Shown: positions 9,873 through 20,382 of the stretch, in pieces
Layout of the letters: the number at the start of each line of letters is the position of its first letter
How positions within the stretch are numbered: the first letter of the stretch is position 1
DNA from: Candidatus Iainarchaeum sp.
GTDB taxonomy: Archaea; Iainarchaeota; Iainarchaeia; Iainarchaeales; Iainarchaeaceae
Length of the DNA stretch: 55,863 nucleotides
Assembly (NCBI GenBank): GCA_002687735.1
Contig: NZBD01000016.1
Coordinates: forward strand, 1-55,863
Direction: 5' to 3'
Notes under the pieces: generated by a model
The model's database searches: none
Told to the model about the DNA's origin: nothing
What the model saw: only the letters and a program-made list of their open reading frames with translations
Program-made: the position numbers and the translations under genes

Positions 9873-9917
9873 GGAACAATAGTTGCGTTTCCGCTGATTG
9901 CTTCTTTGCTAGGGTAA
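9873..9917 (+). pseudogene. copy 2 of the 45-nt repeat: orphan, diverged duplicate of the TraB-family 3' end (14 codons plus stop)
   Basis: GGAACAATAGTTGCGTTTCCGCTGATTGCTTCTTTGCTAGGGTAA also translates to GTIVAFPLIASLLG*. It differs from copy 1 at 7 nucleotides, all synonymous. Confidence 0.85.
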
Positions 9918-9955
9918 AAGATTTGTTTTTATTTCCAAAGAGGTACTAAGTTATA

Positions 9956-10369
9956 ATGCCTAAAAAACCAAAACAACAAAAAAGAGGTTCAGACGGCCCT
10001 ACAAAGGTACACGGGTTTTTTTCACAAACTTATGCTAAAGCGCATGCTGAAAACGAACAAAGAAGCGAGAAACTAACGGAGATGGTTGCTGCACTTAAGA
10101 AAGCAACAAAACCTGGAGAAAGAGCATCTATTTTAAGAAAACGGATAACCTTTGCACAGCAAAACCTGTCCTCAGGAAGACTTCTAAAAAATAATGCAAC
10201 AAGATTACTTAAGCAGTATAGATCAGAACTAAGTCCTGGAGTTGCGGAGCTATTAGAACAAGTAGAAAAACACGAAGCAGACTTTGTTAAAATACTGGAA
10301 GAACAAATTACTGAACTTAAAAAAAGTTTACAAATGGAAATTACAAGACATCAAGCAGAGCAGAACTAA
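9956..10369 (+). CDS. hypothetical basic coiled-coil protein (orphan)
   Basis: 137 aa ORF starting MPKKPKQQKRG, with AGAGGT upstream. No recognisable family. Confidence 0.5.
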   Translation: MPKKPKQQKRGSDGPTKVHGFFSQTYAKAHAENEQRSEKLTEMVAALKKATKPGERASILRKRITFAQQNLSSGRLLKNNATRLLKQYRSELSPGVAELLEQVEKHEADFVKILEEQITELKKSLQMEITRHQAEQN

Positions 10370-10999
10370 TCATTTCTTCAAATAAGGCAGAACATTTCCT
10401 TTTTGTTCGGCTTCTTTAATTAGTTTTTTTGCGAAAAGCATTCTCTGGATTGAACCAATAAATGCAATAACCGCGATTAACCATAATGCAATTTCTAATA
10501 TTTTCAAATTAAAAAAATCCAAAGAAAAAATTGAAAGGAAAATTCCAGCAAGGAGTAAAAGCATTCTTTCAGAGTGTTCTCCTAAAGCAGGCCAATCGCG
10601 ATTATCCGTAATAATCACTAATGCAACCCTTGGTTTTGCATAACTATTCAAAAGAGAAAATGCAAGAGCAAAAATAGCTGCTAAAGGATGTAAAAAAGCC
10701 GTTCCAAGGAAAAGAATTATCTCAACTAATTTGTCAATCATTGTTTCGAAATAGTTTCCAAACAAAGAATCCTTTTTCTGAAGCCTTGCCACTGAACCAT
10801 CAAACATATCAATTGAAACAGCAAATAACGCGATTATAAAAGATTCTAAAAATTGCCCCTGAATAATAAAAAAAGCAGCAATTATAGCTAGTAAGGGACC
10901 TAGTAAAGTAAACAAAGTAGGGGGAAATTTGATAGCCGCAAAAGGCTTTGCAACAGCCTCAGTAAAGGCTTTTGTATGAGGTCTTAGTGATCCTAGCAT
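10370..10999 (-). CDS. CDP-alcohol phosphatidyltransferase family protein (archaeal phospholipid head-group synthase type)
   Basis: Contains the family's DxxDGxxAR core, DMFDGSVARL...G...D. The protein is polytopic, 209 aa. Confidence 0.8.
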   Translation of the reverse strand: MLGSLRPHTKAFTEAVAKPFAAIKFPPTLFTLLGPLLAIIAAFFIIQGQFLESFIIALFAVSIDMFDGSVARLQKKDSLFGNYFETMIDKLVEIILFLGTAFLHPLAAIFALAFSLLNSYAKPRVALVIITDNRDWPALGEHSERMLLLLAGIFLSIFSLDFFNLKILEIALWLIAVIAFIGSIQRMLFAKKLIKEAEQKGNVLPYLKK

Positions 11000-11076
11000 G
11001 GAATTACCTTTATTATTACATTATATAATAATGATCAATATAAAAGAAATATAATATACTAATAACAGGGATTCAC

Positions 11077-12291
11077 ATGATTTCAGAAAAAATTCGGGAA
11101 GATTTTCCGGTTCTGCAGAATAACAAAGGGCTTATTTACTTTGATAGCGCAGCCACCTCTTTGAAACCAATTCAGGTTATCGAGGCAACTAATAATTATT
11201 ACAAAAACCTCGGAGCTAATGTGCACAGAGGAAATCACCATCTTTCACAACAAGCTACGCAGCTTTATGAGGAATCAAGAAAAGAAGCTGCAAAATTTAT
11301 CAAAGCAAAAGAAGAGGAATTGGTTTTCACAAGGAATGCAACCGAAAGCATTAATGCAATTGCAACTGGTCTGGAAAGGCAGAATTATTTTTCTGAAGGA
11401 GATGAAATTGTAATAAGTGCACTGGAACATCACGCGAATATTGTTCCATGGCAGGAGCTTTGCAAAAGAACAGGAAGCGTTCTTAAAATTGCTGAACTTA
11501 ATGAGGATTTTACATTAAATATGCAGGATCTGCAGGAAAAGGTTTCCGGAAAAACAAAACTTGTTTCAGTAGCGCATGCATCCAATACAGTTGCAACAAT
11601 TTTTCCGGTAAAGGAAATTGGAAAGATTGCTCACGAGAATAATGCTTTGTTTTTGATTGATGCAGCACAAAGCGTTCCGCATTTTGAAGTGAATGCAAAA
11701 AAGATCAACGCGGATTTTTTGGTTATTAGTTCGCATAAAATGTTAGGCCCAACAGGAGTTGGTTGTCTTTATGGAAAAAAAGATTTGCTTGAGGAAATGC
11801 CGCCTTATAATTACGGCGGAAGCATGATTTCAAAAGTCACTTACGAAAATACAGAATGGGCCTCTTTGCCGGAAAAGTTTGAAGCCGGAACAATGCCTAT
11901 AGCAGAGGTTATTGGTTTTGGGGAAGCTGTTAGATATTTGAAAAAACTCGGAATGGAAAATGTTCACGAGCATGAGAAAAAACTTTTGAATCATTGCATT
12001 GAAAAAATGAAAGAAATTGACAGAGTAAAAATGTACTGTCCACAGGATGCAGAAAATCAGGGAGGCATTGTTTTATTCGGGGTTAAAGGAATTGATGCAG
12101 TTGATTTGGGGGTTGCTCTTGATGAGAGCAAAAACATAGCTACCAGAAGCGGAATGCATTGCGCAGAACCAATAGTGAGCAGCTTAAATCCTAAAGGTTT
12201 AGGGAGAGCCAGCTTTTATTTGTACAATACTATTGAAGAAATCGATACCTTTGTTGATGAGGTCACCGCCATATCAAAAGCATTCAAGTAA
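11077..12291 (+). CDS. sufS: cysteine desulfurase, SufS/CsdA-like class V aminotransferase
   Basis: HHANIVPWQ, the PLP lysine in SSHKMLGPTGVG, and the catalytic Cys in RSGMHCAEP. Confidence 0.9.
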   Translation: MISEKIREDFPVLQNNKGLIYFDSAATSLKPIQVIEATNNYYKNLGANVHRGNHHLSQQATQLYEESRKEAAKFIKAKEEELVFTRNATESINAIATGLERQNYFSEGDEIVISALEHHANIVPWQELCKRTGSVLKIAELNEDFTLNMQDLQEKVSGKTKLVSVAHASNTVATIFPVKEIGKIAHENNALFLIDAAQSVPHFEVNAKKINADFLVISSHKMLGPTGVGCLYGKKDLLEEMPPYNYGGSMISKVTYENTEWASLPEKFEAGTMPIAEVIGFGEAVRYLKKLGMENVHEHEKKLLNHCIEKMKEIDRVKMYCPQDAENQGGIVLFGVKGIDAVDLGVALDESKNIATRSGMHCAEPIVSSLNPKGLGRASFYLYNTIEEIDTFVDEVTAISKAFK

Positions 12292-12475
12292 AATGCAACT
12301 TAGCATCAGAATTCTTGATTTTGCATTTGCTAAAATGCCTCAAAAAAGCCGAGAAAGCTTTTTAAACCATTCTTAGGGAGATTTCATTATAACAGAAAAA
12401 ATAAGAAAAATGCCCGAAAATTTGCCGACAAAACTCAGGCAAAACAGGGATCAAAAATTTAAAGGATGAGAAAAA

Positions 12476-12745
12476 TTGAAAAAAATAAAGAAGACCTTTA
12501 CTACTGAAGAAAAGAAAGGAATGAGAAAATTTTCTTATGTACTTGTACTACTCAAAATGACCACTGGAATGCTGTTTCTGATTTTACTTTTAATTCTCGG
12601 AGTCAGATTCGAAGTCATAAGTCTTATCCAGGCATTAATCATTACACTCGGAACTTTAGTGATTATTTATTTTATACTGCCTTTAATGGCGACAAAGGTT
12701 TTTGATTCAATTGCAATTATACCAACAAAAGAGGTTACAAAATGA
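12476..12745 (+). CDS. small membrane protein translationally coupled to atpH (start uncertain: TTG at 12476 or ATG at 12521)
   Basis: 2-3 hydrophobic helices. Its stop overlaps the atpH start (ATGA at 12742-12745). Confidence 0.5.
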   Translation: MKKIKKTFTTEEKKGMRKFSYVLVLLKMTTGMLFLILLLILGVRFEVISLIQALIITLGTLVIIYFILPLMATKVFDSIAIIPTKEVTK

Positions 12746-13059
12746 GTGAACAGGAATTTGTAAAACAAATAACAAAAATAAAAGATGCAGAAAAAGAAAA
12801 AGAAAAATTAATGCAGGAAGCCAACAAAAAAGCAGATAAAGTGATTTCAGGCGCACAAGCAGAATCAAAGAAAATCCTTGAAAAAGCAAGAGAAGAGGCT
12901 TCTGTACTAGAACAGGAAATAATTGATACAGGAAGAAAAGAGATTGAAAAAGAGGAAAACAAAATTATTTCTAAAGCCGAAGGAGAGGCTGAGAAAATTC
13001 TTTCAACAAAATTATCAAAAACAGTTGTAAAAAAAATTAGCGAGAAACTATTAAAGTGA
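12742..13059 (+). CDS. atpH: A-type ATP synthase subunit H
   Basis: 105 aa charged coiled coil (AEKEKEKLMQEANKKADKVISGAQAESKKILEKAREEA) in first position of the canonical HIKECFABD operon. GAGGT lies 8 nt upstream. Confidence 0.8.
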   Translation: MSEQEFVKQITKIKDAEKEKEKLMQEANKKADKVISGAQAESKKILEKAREEASVLEQEIIDTGRKEIEKEENKIISKAEGEAEKILSTKLSKTVVKKISEKLLK

Positions 13060-13065
13060 AAAAAA

Positions 13066-14949
13066 ATGTTTTGGCCGGCAAAAATGTCAAAGGTTAGGTT
13101 AATTGGTTTGAAATCCAATTTGAAAAAAACCATTGAGACATTGGAAGAGTACGGGGGAGTAGAAATTAAAAAACTCTCATCTAAAGAAATTGAAAATTCA
13201 AAACCATTGGAAGAGAACGCTTCAATTGTTGCAAAACTCGTGAAAACAGAGGCAATTTTAAATTCTTTAGAAAAAAGAGAGGTTACAGCAAGGATAAGAG
13301 TGAATGATTTGAAAGATTTTTCAAAAGAAAAAAACTTTGGAAAAATAGAAAAACAATTAGAAAAAACAATTGAACAAATCGATGAAATTAATAACAAAAT
13401 AGAAATATTGAAAGATGAAAAAGTCACACTCAAAATGTTTGCTCACTTCGATATTGATTTTTCGCGTTTTAATACAGAATCTATTGAATTAGTAGCCGGA
13501 ACAGTTAGCAGGGGAAACACTTCAGCATTAGAATCTGCTTTGAAAGGGCATGCTAATTTCACAAGAAAACCAACAGATAAAGAAAAATTACTTTACTTAA
13601 TTGCATTTGAAAAAAATTCTTTTAACAAAGATTTTAGCTCTTTGGGCCTTGATAAAATCCAGATACCAAGCATTAAAACAAAACCTAAAGCAGAGTTAAA
13701 TAAAGTTGATAAAAAAATCAGTGAATTAAATAGGGAGAAAACTGGTTTGCAAAAAGAATTAGATGAAATCTCTAATAAAAATTACTCTAATTTAACAGCA
13801 TTAAAAGAGTATTTAGAGGCAGAATCAGCAAAAGCGTCTCTTCCGGAGAGTTTTTTGGGAACAGAACATTCATTCATTTTAGAAGGGTATTTGCCTGAAA
13901 AGAACTTTGAAAAATTCAATAAATTCATAAAAGAAAAATTCGGAAAAAGAACTTATATTCAGTACTTTTCCAGTGAAACCCTTGAAAAAAATCACGAACT
14001 TGCTCCGACACTGACAGAACATTCTCCTTTAGTAAAACCATTCGAGGATTTAGTGAAATTTGTTTCTGTTTCAAAATCAAATGAATTAGATACTACAATG
14101 ATTTTCCTTGTTTTTTTCCCGGTCTTTTACGGAATGATTGTGGGTGATTTTGTTTATGGAATTATTTCATTTTTAATGGCTAAAGCTATTTTAGGAAAGT
14201 TCCCGACAGGAATTATGAATTCTGTTTCAAAAGTCTGGATATGGGGAAGCATTCCAACAATGATTTTCGGATTAATCTTTGATGAATTTGCAGGGTTTTC
14301 ACACCACGCAATTTTTGAATTAATCGGAATCCACGGAATACACCTTTACCACGGATATGAAAGATTACACAATATTGAATTTATATTAGCGGCATCACTA
14401 TTACTAGGTGTTTTCACAATGGCAATTGGTTTCTTACTGGGTTTTATTAATGCAGCAAAACACGGAGACAGAAAACACGCTCTTGCAAAACTAGGTTGGT
14501 TTGGAGTTGTTTTATTCGGAACAATTTTAATAACAACTCTGATGTTTCAGACATTCCCGCAGGAATACATACTGCCGACAGGAATCTTGTTTGGAATTTC
14601 CATAATACCTATTATTTTGGCGGAAGGGGTTATTGGTTTATTGGAAATACCAACAGCAGCAGGTAATATTTTATCATTTGCAAGGATTTTAGCGGTTGGA
14701 TTAGTAGGGGTGGTTATTGCATCACTATTGAATGATTTATCATTCCCTGGTATTGACAAAGGATTATTGTTGATTATTTTCTTGCCGCTTTATATTTTCG
14801 GACATTTGTTCAATGCATTCTTAGCAATGTTTGAAGCATTAATACAAGGAGCAAGGTTAAACTTTGTGGAATTTTATTCAAAATTCCATGAGGGCGGAGG
14901 ACAGGAATTTGTTCCTTTTAAATTTGAAAAAAAATATTTCAAAGATTAA
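13066..14949 (+). CDS. atpI: A-type ATP synthase subunit I (a-subunit homolog)
   Basis: 627 aa with a soluble coiled-coil N-terminal half and a polytopic C-terminal half (ILSFARILAVGL motif region). Operon position fits. Confidence 0.9.
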   Translation: MFWPAKMSKVRLIGLKSNLKKTIETLEEYGGVEIKKLSSKEIENSKPLEENASIVAKLVKTEAILNSLEKREVTARIRVNDLKDFSKEKNFGKIEKQLEKTIEQIDEINNKIEILKDEKVTLKMFAHFDIDFSRFNTESIELVAGTVSRGNTSALESALKGHANFTRKPTDKEKLLYLIAFEKNSFNKDFSSLGLDKIQIPSIKTKPKAELNKVDKKISELNREKTGLQKELDEISNKNYSNLTALKEYLEAESAKASLPESFLGTEHSFILEGYLPEKNFEKFNKFIKEKFGKRTYIQYFSSETLEKNHELAPTLTEHSPLVKPFEDLVKFVSVSKSNELDTTMIFLVFFPVFYGMIVGDFVYGIISFLMAKAILGKFPTGIMNSVSKVWIWGSIPTMIFGLIFDEFAGFSHHAIFELIGIHGIHLYHGYERLHNIEFILAASLLLGVFTMAIGFLLGFINAAKHGDRKHALAKLGWFGVVLFGTILITTLMFQTFPQEYILPTGILFGISIIPIILAEGVIGLLEIPTAAGNILSFARILAVGLVGVVIASLLNDLSFPGIDKGLLLIIFLPLYIFGHLFNAFLAMFEALIQGARLNFVEFYSKFHEGGGQEFVPFKFEKKYFKD

Positions 14950-14974
14950 AACAAAAAACGGAGGTGTAAAAAAA

Positions 14975-15235
14975 ATGGCATTAATAGAAGCAACAGCAGG
15001 AATAGCAATTGCATCAAGTATAGCTATTTTCGGCGGAGCAATCGGAACTGCTATGGCACAATCTGCAATAGGAACAGCTGCAATGGGAGTTATAGCTGAA
15101 AAACCAGAGCAAGCCGGAAAATTAATTATTTGGATTGCAATTCCGGAAACAATCGTAATCTTCGGATTCGTAATAGCAATATTGCTAGCATTAAGCGTTG
15201 GTGGCGGTGCTGAAGTAGCAGCCGCTGCTGCCTAA
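14975..15235 (+). CDS. atpK: A-type ATP synthase proteolipid subunit K (c subunit, single hairpin)
   Basis: The ATG at 14975 follows GGAGGTG. The 86 aa protein is Gly/Ala-rich with two helices and a conserved Glu in IPETIVIFG. Confidence 0.9.
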   Translation: MALIEATAGIAIASSIAIFGGAIGTAMAQSAIGTAAMGVIAEKPEQAGKLIIWIAIPETIVIFGFVIAILLALSVGGGAEVAAAAA

Positions 15236-15260
15236 TTAGGCAATAACAGAGGTAATAAAA

Positions 15261-15818
15261 ATGGGTTTTGAAAATATTAAAGAAAACCTCTTACAAGAGG
15301 CAAAAAGAGAAGAAAAAAGGATACTGGGAGAAGCAGAAAAAGAAGCTTCCTCTATTATCAATCAGGCTAAAGAACAGGCTGGAAAGATAAAAACAGAGGA
15401 AAAGAAAAAAGCTTCAGAAGCTGTGGAAAGAGACAGACATGAGAAGATCAGCGCTGCAAAACTAAAATCAAATAAAATTATTAGTGATGCACGCAATAAA
15501 CTCGCTGATTATTCCTTGGATGAAATCTGGAATGATTTCAAAGAATCTCCAAAGAAAAAAGGATACTCTGTATTTTTGAAAAAACAAATAAAAGACGCGG
15601 AAAAACAACTTGGAAAAAATACTATTGTAACAATTAATTCAAGCGATTCTAACACAGTGAAAAAGTATTCCAAAAATATTCAAAAAGCAGGTATTTCCGG
15701 AGGCGCAATCATTTCAACAAAAGATAAAAATGTGAGCATTGATTCATCCCTTGAATCAATATTCGAAAATAACAGAGAAGAAATCAGAGGAACAGTTTTC
15801 AAAGAATTGTTTAGGTGA
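15261..15818 (+). CDS. atpE: A-type ATP synthase subunit E
   Basis: 185 aa with a long N-terminal charged helix and a globular C-terminal part. Operon position fits. Confidence 0.85.
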   Translation: MGFENIKENLLQEAKREEKRILGEAEKEASSIINQAKEQAGKIKTEEKKKASEAVERDRHEKISAAKLKSNKIISDARNKLADYSLDEIWNDFKESPKKKGYSVFLKKQIKDAEKQLGKNTIVTINSSDSNTVKKYSKNIQKAGISGGAIISTKDKNVSIDSSLESIFENNREEIRGTVFKELFR

Positions 15819-16882
15819 AAAAAATGATTAGGATTGTTTTAAGAGCACTTGAATTCGGGTACGTAAATGCCAGGGTGAAAGCAATGAAACAAGGGCTGTT
15901 AGGAGAAAAAGAAGTAAACTCCATGATTGAATCAAATAGTGTAAACGAAATTTACGCTATTCTTGAAAAATCGCAGTACCGCGAAGATTTAGTAGCAAGT
16001 GCTTTGGAGGACAGGACAATTGCAGATCAAATAGAATTTGCAACCACTAAAAACTTTTCAAGAACACTGCAAAAAATAATTAAATTTGTTCCGAAAAATT
16101 TTGAACACGAACTAATAGAGTTGTTTGAAAAATATGAGGTAAATAATATGAAAACAATTCTTATTAGTAAACATTTAGGGGAAGATAAGGAAAAAATAGA
16201 ACCATTAATCATGGATTCGACAATTATCAGTAAAGGAAGAATGAATAAAATTCTAGAAGCTAAAACAGTGAAAGAAGTAGTAGGCTTATTAGGGGAAATA
16301 GTTTACGGAAAAGTTTTGGAAAAACCATTAAAAGTATATGAAAAAGATAATGAAATTTCATCTTTGTTATTTACACTGGATGAATATTATTATTCAAAAC
16401 TTCCTGCAATGGCAGAAAATAAATCAGGAGATGAAAGAATCATTCTGAAAATGTTAAAATCTCAGGCAGATGTTAAAAACATTTCAAATATTTGCAGAGG
16501 TAAGAAAGATGATTTACCAGTTGAAAAATTACACAAAATGTTAATAGAATCAGGAAATCTTTCCAAAGAAGTTTTAAAGAAAGCATGCGCGGCTAAAAAC
16601 GTGGAAGATGCGGCAAAAGTTTTTGAGAAAAATTATGCTCTTTCCAAACCAATCGAAGAATACAAAAAAACAGATTCTTTGATTCCGATTGAACTGGAGC
16701 TGGAGAGGAACATAGCTAAAAAAGGCCTAAAAGTGCTTAGAAACAGTGTTTTATCAATTGGAACAGTAGCAGGGTTTTTGCTTTTAAAAGAGGAAGAAAT
16801 CAGCAATATCAGGAAAATAGTACGGAGCAAAGAATTCAATGTTCCGAATGAACAAATCAAGGAGATGGCAGTAATAGTTTAG
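15815..16882 (+). CDS. atpC: A-type ATP synthase subunit C (V-type d homolog); start at GTG 15815 or ATG 15824
   Basis: 355 aa helical protein in the expected operon position. It overlaps the atpE stop. Confidence 0.85.
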   Translation: MKKMIRIVLRALEFGYVNARVKAMKQGLLGEKEVNSMIESNSVNEIYAILEKSQYREDLVASALEDRTIADQIEFATTKNFSRTLQKIIKFVPKNFEHELIELFEKYEVNNMKTILISKHLGEDKEKIEPLIMDSTIISKGRMNKILEAKTVKEVVGLLGEIVYGKVLEKPLKVYEKDNEISSLLFTLDEYYYSKLPAMAENKSGDERIILKMLKSQADVKNISNICRGKKDDLPVEKLHKMLIESGNLSKEVLKKACAAKNVEDAAKVFEKNYALSKPIEEYKKTDSLIPIELELERNIAKKGLKVLRNSVLSIGTVAGFLLLKEEEISNIRKIVRSKEFNVPNEQIKEMAVIV

Positions 16883-16890
16883 GTGTTAGA

Positions 16891-17211
16891 ATGGATAAAC
16901 AAAATATTATAGTTGTGGGAGACGGACCAACCTGCACTGGTTTCAGGTTAGCCGGTGTTGAGAATGTGTTTCCAAAAGAAGGAAAAGAAGCAGAGGAAAA
17001 AGTCCGTGAATTATTAGGCGAGGAAAGCACAGGGATACTAATCATTAACGAAAAAATATTGGAAAACATTGATTGGAAATTAAAAAATAAAATAGAGAAA
17101 ATTGCGAAACCAGTTGTTATCACAATTCCGGATAAAAACGGACCAATGGAACAAGGAGATTCTTTAAACGCAATGATAAAAAGAGCACTAGGATTTGATT
17201 TAGCAAAATGA
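16891..17211 (+). CDS. atpF: A-type ATP synthase subunit F
   Basis: 106 aa with IIVVGDGPTCTGFRLAGV, typical of subunit F. Confidence 0.9.
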   Translation: MDKQNIIVVGDGPTCTGFRLAGVENVFPKEGKEAEEKVRELLGEESTGILIINEKILENIDWKLKNKIEKIAKPVVITIPDKNGPMEQGDSLNAMIKRALGFDLAK

Positions 17212-17232
17212 TACTTAAGAGGTGAACAAAAA

Positions 17233-19002
17233 ATGGCAGAATTATTGAAAATCGTAGGTCCGGTTGTAATCGGAGAAAAAATGGCTGGAGCCAAAATGTA
17301 CGACGTTGTAAAAGTCGGAAAAGAAAAACTAATAGGAGAAATAATTAAACTTGATGGAGACAAAGCAACCATACAGGTTTACGAGGATACATCAGGATTA
17401 ACTCCTGGAGAAAAAATAGAAAACACAAACCAAGCACTAAGTGTTGAATTAGGACCGGGGTTGTTAGAATCTATTTATGACGGAATACAAAGACCGCTAA
17501 AATCTATTCATGAATTAACAGGGGATTTTATTGGAAGAGGAGTTGTTGCAAATGCAATTGACAGAAATAAAAAATGGGAATTTGTCCCGGTAAAAAAGAA
17601 AGGAGATAAAGTTTCAGACGGAGATATTATTGGAACAGTACAGGAAACAGAAATAATTGAACACAAAATAATGGTTCCGCACGGAATGGAAGGAACTATT
17701 GATGAAATTAAAAAAGGAAAGTTTAATGTAGAGGAAACTGTTTGCGTAATTAAAGAGGGTTCCAAAAAAAACAATGTTCAGTTAATGCAAAAATGGGAAG
17801 TTAGGAGACCAAGACCAAATAATGAAAAACTGGCTCCAAACACACCATTAGTTACTGGTCAAAGAATTTTAGATACTTTTTTCCCGGTTTCAAAAGGAGG
17901 AGCTGCGGCAATTCCGGGACCGTTTGGTTCGGGAAAAACAGTTACTCAGCAATCACTGGCAAAGTGGAGTGACTCGCAAATAATTGTTTACATTGGATGC
18001 GGAGAACGCGGGAATGAAATGACCGAGGTTTTAAAAGAATTCCCGGAACTAATCGATCCAAAAACCAAAAAACCAATGATACAAAGAACTGTGTTAATTG
18101 CAAACACATCTAATATGCCGGTTGCAGCAAGAGAAGCAAGTGTTTACACAGGAATTACTATTGCTGAATACTACAGGGATATGGGTTATGATGTCTCTTT
18201 AATGGCTGACTCAACAAGTAGATGGGCAGAAGCAATGAGGGAAATATCAGGGCGTTTAGAAGAAATGCCCGGAGAAGAAGGTTATCCGCCTTATTTGGCA
18301 AGGAGATTAGCAGAATTCTATGAAAGAGCAGGAAGAATAATTTGTAAAGGATCTCCTGAAAGATACGGAGCTATTTCTGTTATCGGAGCAGTTAGTCCTC
18401 CGGGAGGAGATATTTCAGAACCTGTATCACAAAACACTTTAAGAGTTACAAAAGTGTTCTGGGCCTTGGATGCTAAGTTAGCACAAAGAAGACACTTTCC
18501 GGCAATCAACTGGCTTAAGAGTTATTCTTTGTACACAAACTCATTAGATGCAACTTATGGAAATACTGTTGCAGCTGATTGGGCGGAAAACAGGAACAAA
18601 GCAATGACTTTGTTGCAAAAAGAATCAGAGTTACAGGAAATTGTTCAATTAGTTGGACCTGATGCTCTTCCTGAAAAAGAACAGGCAATTCTTGATGTGA
18701 CAAAAATGCTGAGAGAAGATTTTTTACAGCAAAATGCTTACAGCGATGTGGATGCATATGCGTCATTGAACAAACAATACAAAATGCTGAAAGTAATTCT
18801 GAAATTCTATGATAAAACAGTTGATGCTCTGGATCTTGGAGTGCAATTAAAAGTAGTAATTGGTTTGAAAGTCAGAAACAATATTGCAAGGATGAAAGAA
18901 ATAGCTGAAAAAGAATTCAACAAAAAAAGTGCCGAAATAATGAGCGAGATTGATGCTGAATTCAGCAAGATAGTTAAAAGTCAAAAGGAAGTGGTAGCAT
19001 GA
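17233..19002 (+). CDS. atpA: A-type ATP synthase catalytic subunit A (no intein)
   Basis: Walker A motif GPFGSGKT. The 589 aa length is normal for an intein-free AtpA. Confidence 0.97.
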   Translation: MAELLKIVGPVVIGEKMAGAKMYDVVKVGKEKLIGEIIKLDGDKATIQVYEDTSGLTPGEKIENTNQALSVELGPGLLESIYDGIQRPLKSIHELTGDFIGRGVVANAIDRNKKWEFVPVKKKGDKVSDGDIIGTVQETEIIEHKIMVPHGMEGTIDEIKKGKFNVEETVCVIKEGSKKNNVQLMQKWEVRRPRPNNEKLAPNTPLVTGQRILDTFFPVSKGGAAAIPGPFGSGKTVTQQSLAKWSDSQIIVYIGCGERGNEMTEVLKEFPELIDPKTKKPMIQRTVLIANTSNMPVAAREASVYTGITIAEYYRDMGYDVSLMADSTSRWAEAMREISGRLEEMPGEEGYPPYLARRLAEFYERAGRIICKGSPERYGAISVIGAVSPPGGDISEPVSQNTLRVTKVFWALDAKLAQRRHFPAINWLKSYSLYTNSLDATYGNTVAADWAENRNKAMTLLQKESELQEIVQLVGPDALPEKEQAILDVTKMLREDFLQQNAYSDVDAYASLNKQYKMLKVILKFYDKTVDALDLGVQLKVVIGLKVRNNIARMKEIAEKEFNKKSAEIMSEIDAEFSKIVKSQKEVVA

Positions 19003-20378
19003 TGAAAGAATACCAAACAGTAACAAATGTTGAAGGACCATTAGTGTTCGTGGAAAAAGTTGATAACGTTGGTTACAATGAAATAGTTGAAATAAAACTT
19101 CCAAACGGAGAAAAAAGAAAAGGACAGGTACTTGATACTTCAAAAGGACACGCAGTAATTCAAATATTTGGATCAACAACAGGTTTGGATGTTGAAAAAA
19201 CTAAAGTAAAGTTTTTAGGAGAAACAATGAAACTCGGAGTATCAGAGGAGATGCTTGGAAGAGCTTTCACTGGTTTAGGAGAACCAAGAGATAATGGCGC
19301 ACCAATAGTTTCTGATAAAAAAATTGATATTATTGGAGCTGCAATAAATCCGATTGCAAGAGAACAACCAACAAATTTTATTCAAACAGGAGTAAGTACA
19401 ATTGATTGTTTGAACACTCTTGTTAGAGGACAAAAACTACCAATCTTTTCAGGTTCGGGTTTGCCGCACAATGATCTGGCAGTGCAAATTGCAAGACAGG
19501 CAAAAGTAAAAGATCAAAAAGAAGGGTTTGCAGTTGTGTTTGCAGCAGTTGGAATAACACACGAAGAAGCAAACTTTTTCATGAAAGATTTTGAAAGAAC
19601 AGGTGCTTTGGATAGAAGTGTTTTGTTTTTGAATCTGGCTGATGATCCGAGTGTTGAAAGGTTAATTGCACCTAGAATGGCATTAACAACAGCAGAGTAT
19701 TTGGCTTTTGAAAAAGGCATGCACGTACTGGTCATTATTACTGACATGACTAATTATTGTGAAGCTTTGAGAGAGATTGCAGGAGCAAGAAAAGAAGTGC
19801 CTGGAAGAAGAGGTTATCCGGGGTACACTTACACTGATCTTTCAACTATTTATGAAAGAGCAGGAGTAATCAAAGGCAAGAAAGGCAGTATTACACAAAT
19901 ACCAATTCTTTCAATGCCAAGTGATGATATAACCCACCCAATCCCGGATCTAACAGGGTATATTACTGAGGGACAGATTGTTGTCGGAAGAGAATTGTAT
20001 AGAAAAGGAATTTATGCGCCGATAGATGTTCTTCCGTGTTTGTCCAGGTTAATGAATCTTGGAATTGGCCCTGGAAAAACAAGGGACGACCACAAAGGAG
20101 TTGCTGATCAGCTTTACTCTGCTTATGCAAGAGGCCGGGACTTAAGAAGCTTGAGTGCGGTTGTTGGAGAAGAAGCTCTAACAGAAATTGATAGAAAGTA
20201 CTTGAAATTTTCTGATGAGTTTGAAAAGAAATTCATTACTCAGGGAAAAGAAGAAGACAGGACAATTGAACAAAGTCTTGATCTTGGCTGGAAGTTAATG
20301 GCAATACTTCCGGAAGAAGAATTAAAGAGAGTAAAATTAGAACACCTTGAGAAGTACGGGAAAAAACACAGGAAATGA
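18999..20378 (+). CDS. atpB: A-type ATP synthase subunit B
   Basis: 459 aa typical non-catalytic B subunit ([22 protein letters not shown]). It overlaps the atpA stop. Confidence 0.97.
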   Translation: MMKEYQTVTNVEGPLVFVEKVDNVGYNEIVEIKLPNGEKRKGQVLDTSKGHAVIQIFGSTTGLDVEKTKVKFLGETMKLGVSEEMLGRAFTGLGEPRDNGAPIVSDKKIDIIGAAINPIAREQPTNFIQTGVSTIDCLNTLVRGQKLPIFSGSGLPHNDLAVQIARQAKVKDQKEGFAVVFAAVGITHEEANFFMKDFERTGALDRSVLFLNLADDPSVERLIAPRMALTTAEYLAFEKGMHVLVIITDMTNYCEALREIAGARKEVPGRRGYPGYTYTDLSTIYERAGVIKGKKGSITQIPILSMPSDDITHPIPDLTGYITEGQIVVGRELYRKGIYAPIDVLPCLSRLMNLGIGPGKTRDDHKGVADQLYSAYARGRDLRSLSAVVGEEALTEIDRKYLKFSDEFEKKFITQGKEEDRTIEQSLDLGWKLMAILPEEELKRVKLEHLEKYGKKHRK

Positions 20379-20382
20379 TTTC

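Noticed and set aside
12292-12475. Overlapping inverted repeats downstream of sufS (AAATGCAA/TTGCATTT and GCATTT/AAATGC) as a riboswitch-like alternative structure
   Set aside because: The stems are short and AT-rich, sit just after a stop codon, and are adequately explained as a terminator region. Nothing in the window supports conservation.
12735-13433. 232-aa minus-strand ORF overlapping atpH/atpI, and 171-aa ORF 16857-17372 overlapping atpF/atpA
   Set aside because: They lie antisense to well-supported ATP synthase genes and have Ser/Phe/Ile-rich nonsense composition. They are artefacts of AT-rich coding sequence.
17233-19002. Intein or other insertion in atpA
   Set aside because: Length (589 aa) and a continuous sequence around the P-loop (GPFGSGKT) match intein-free A subunits.
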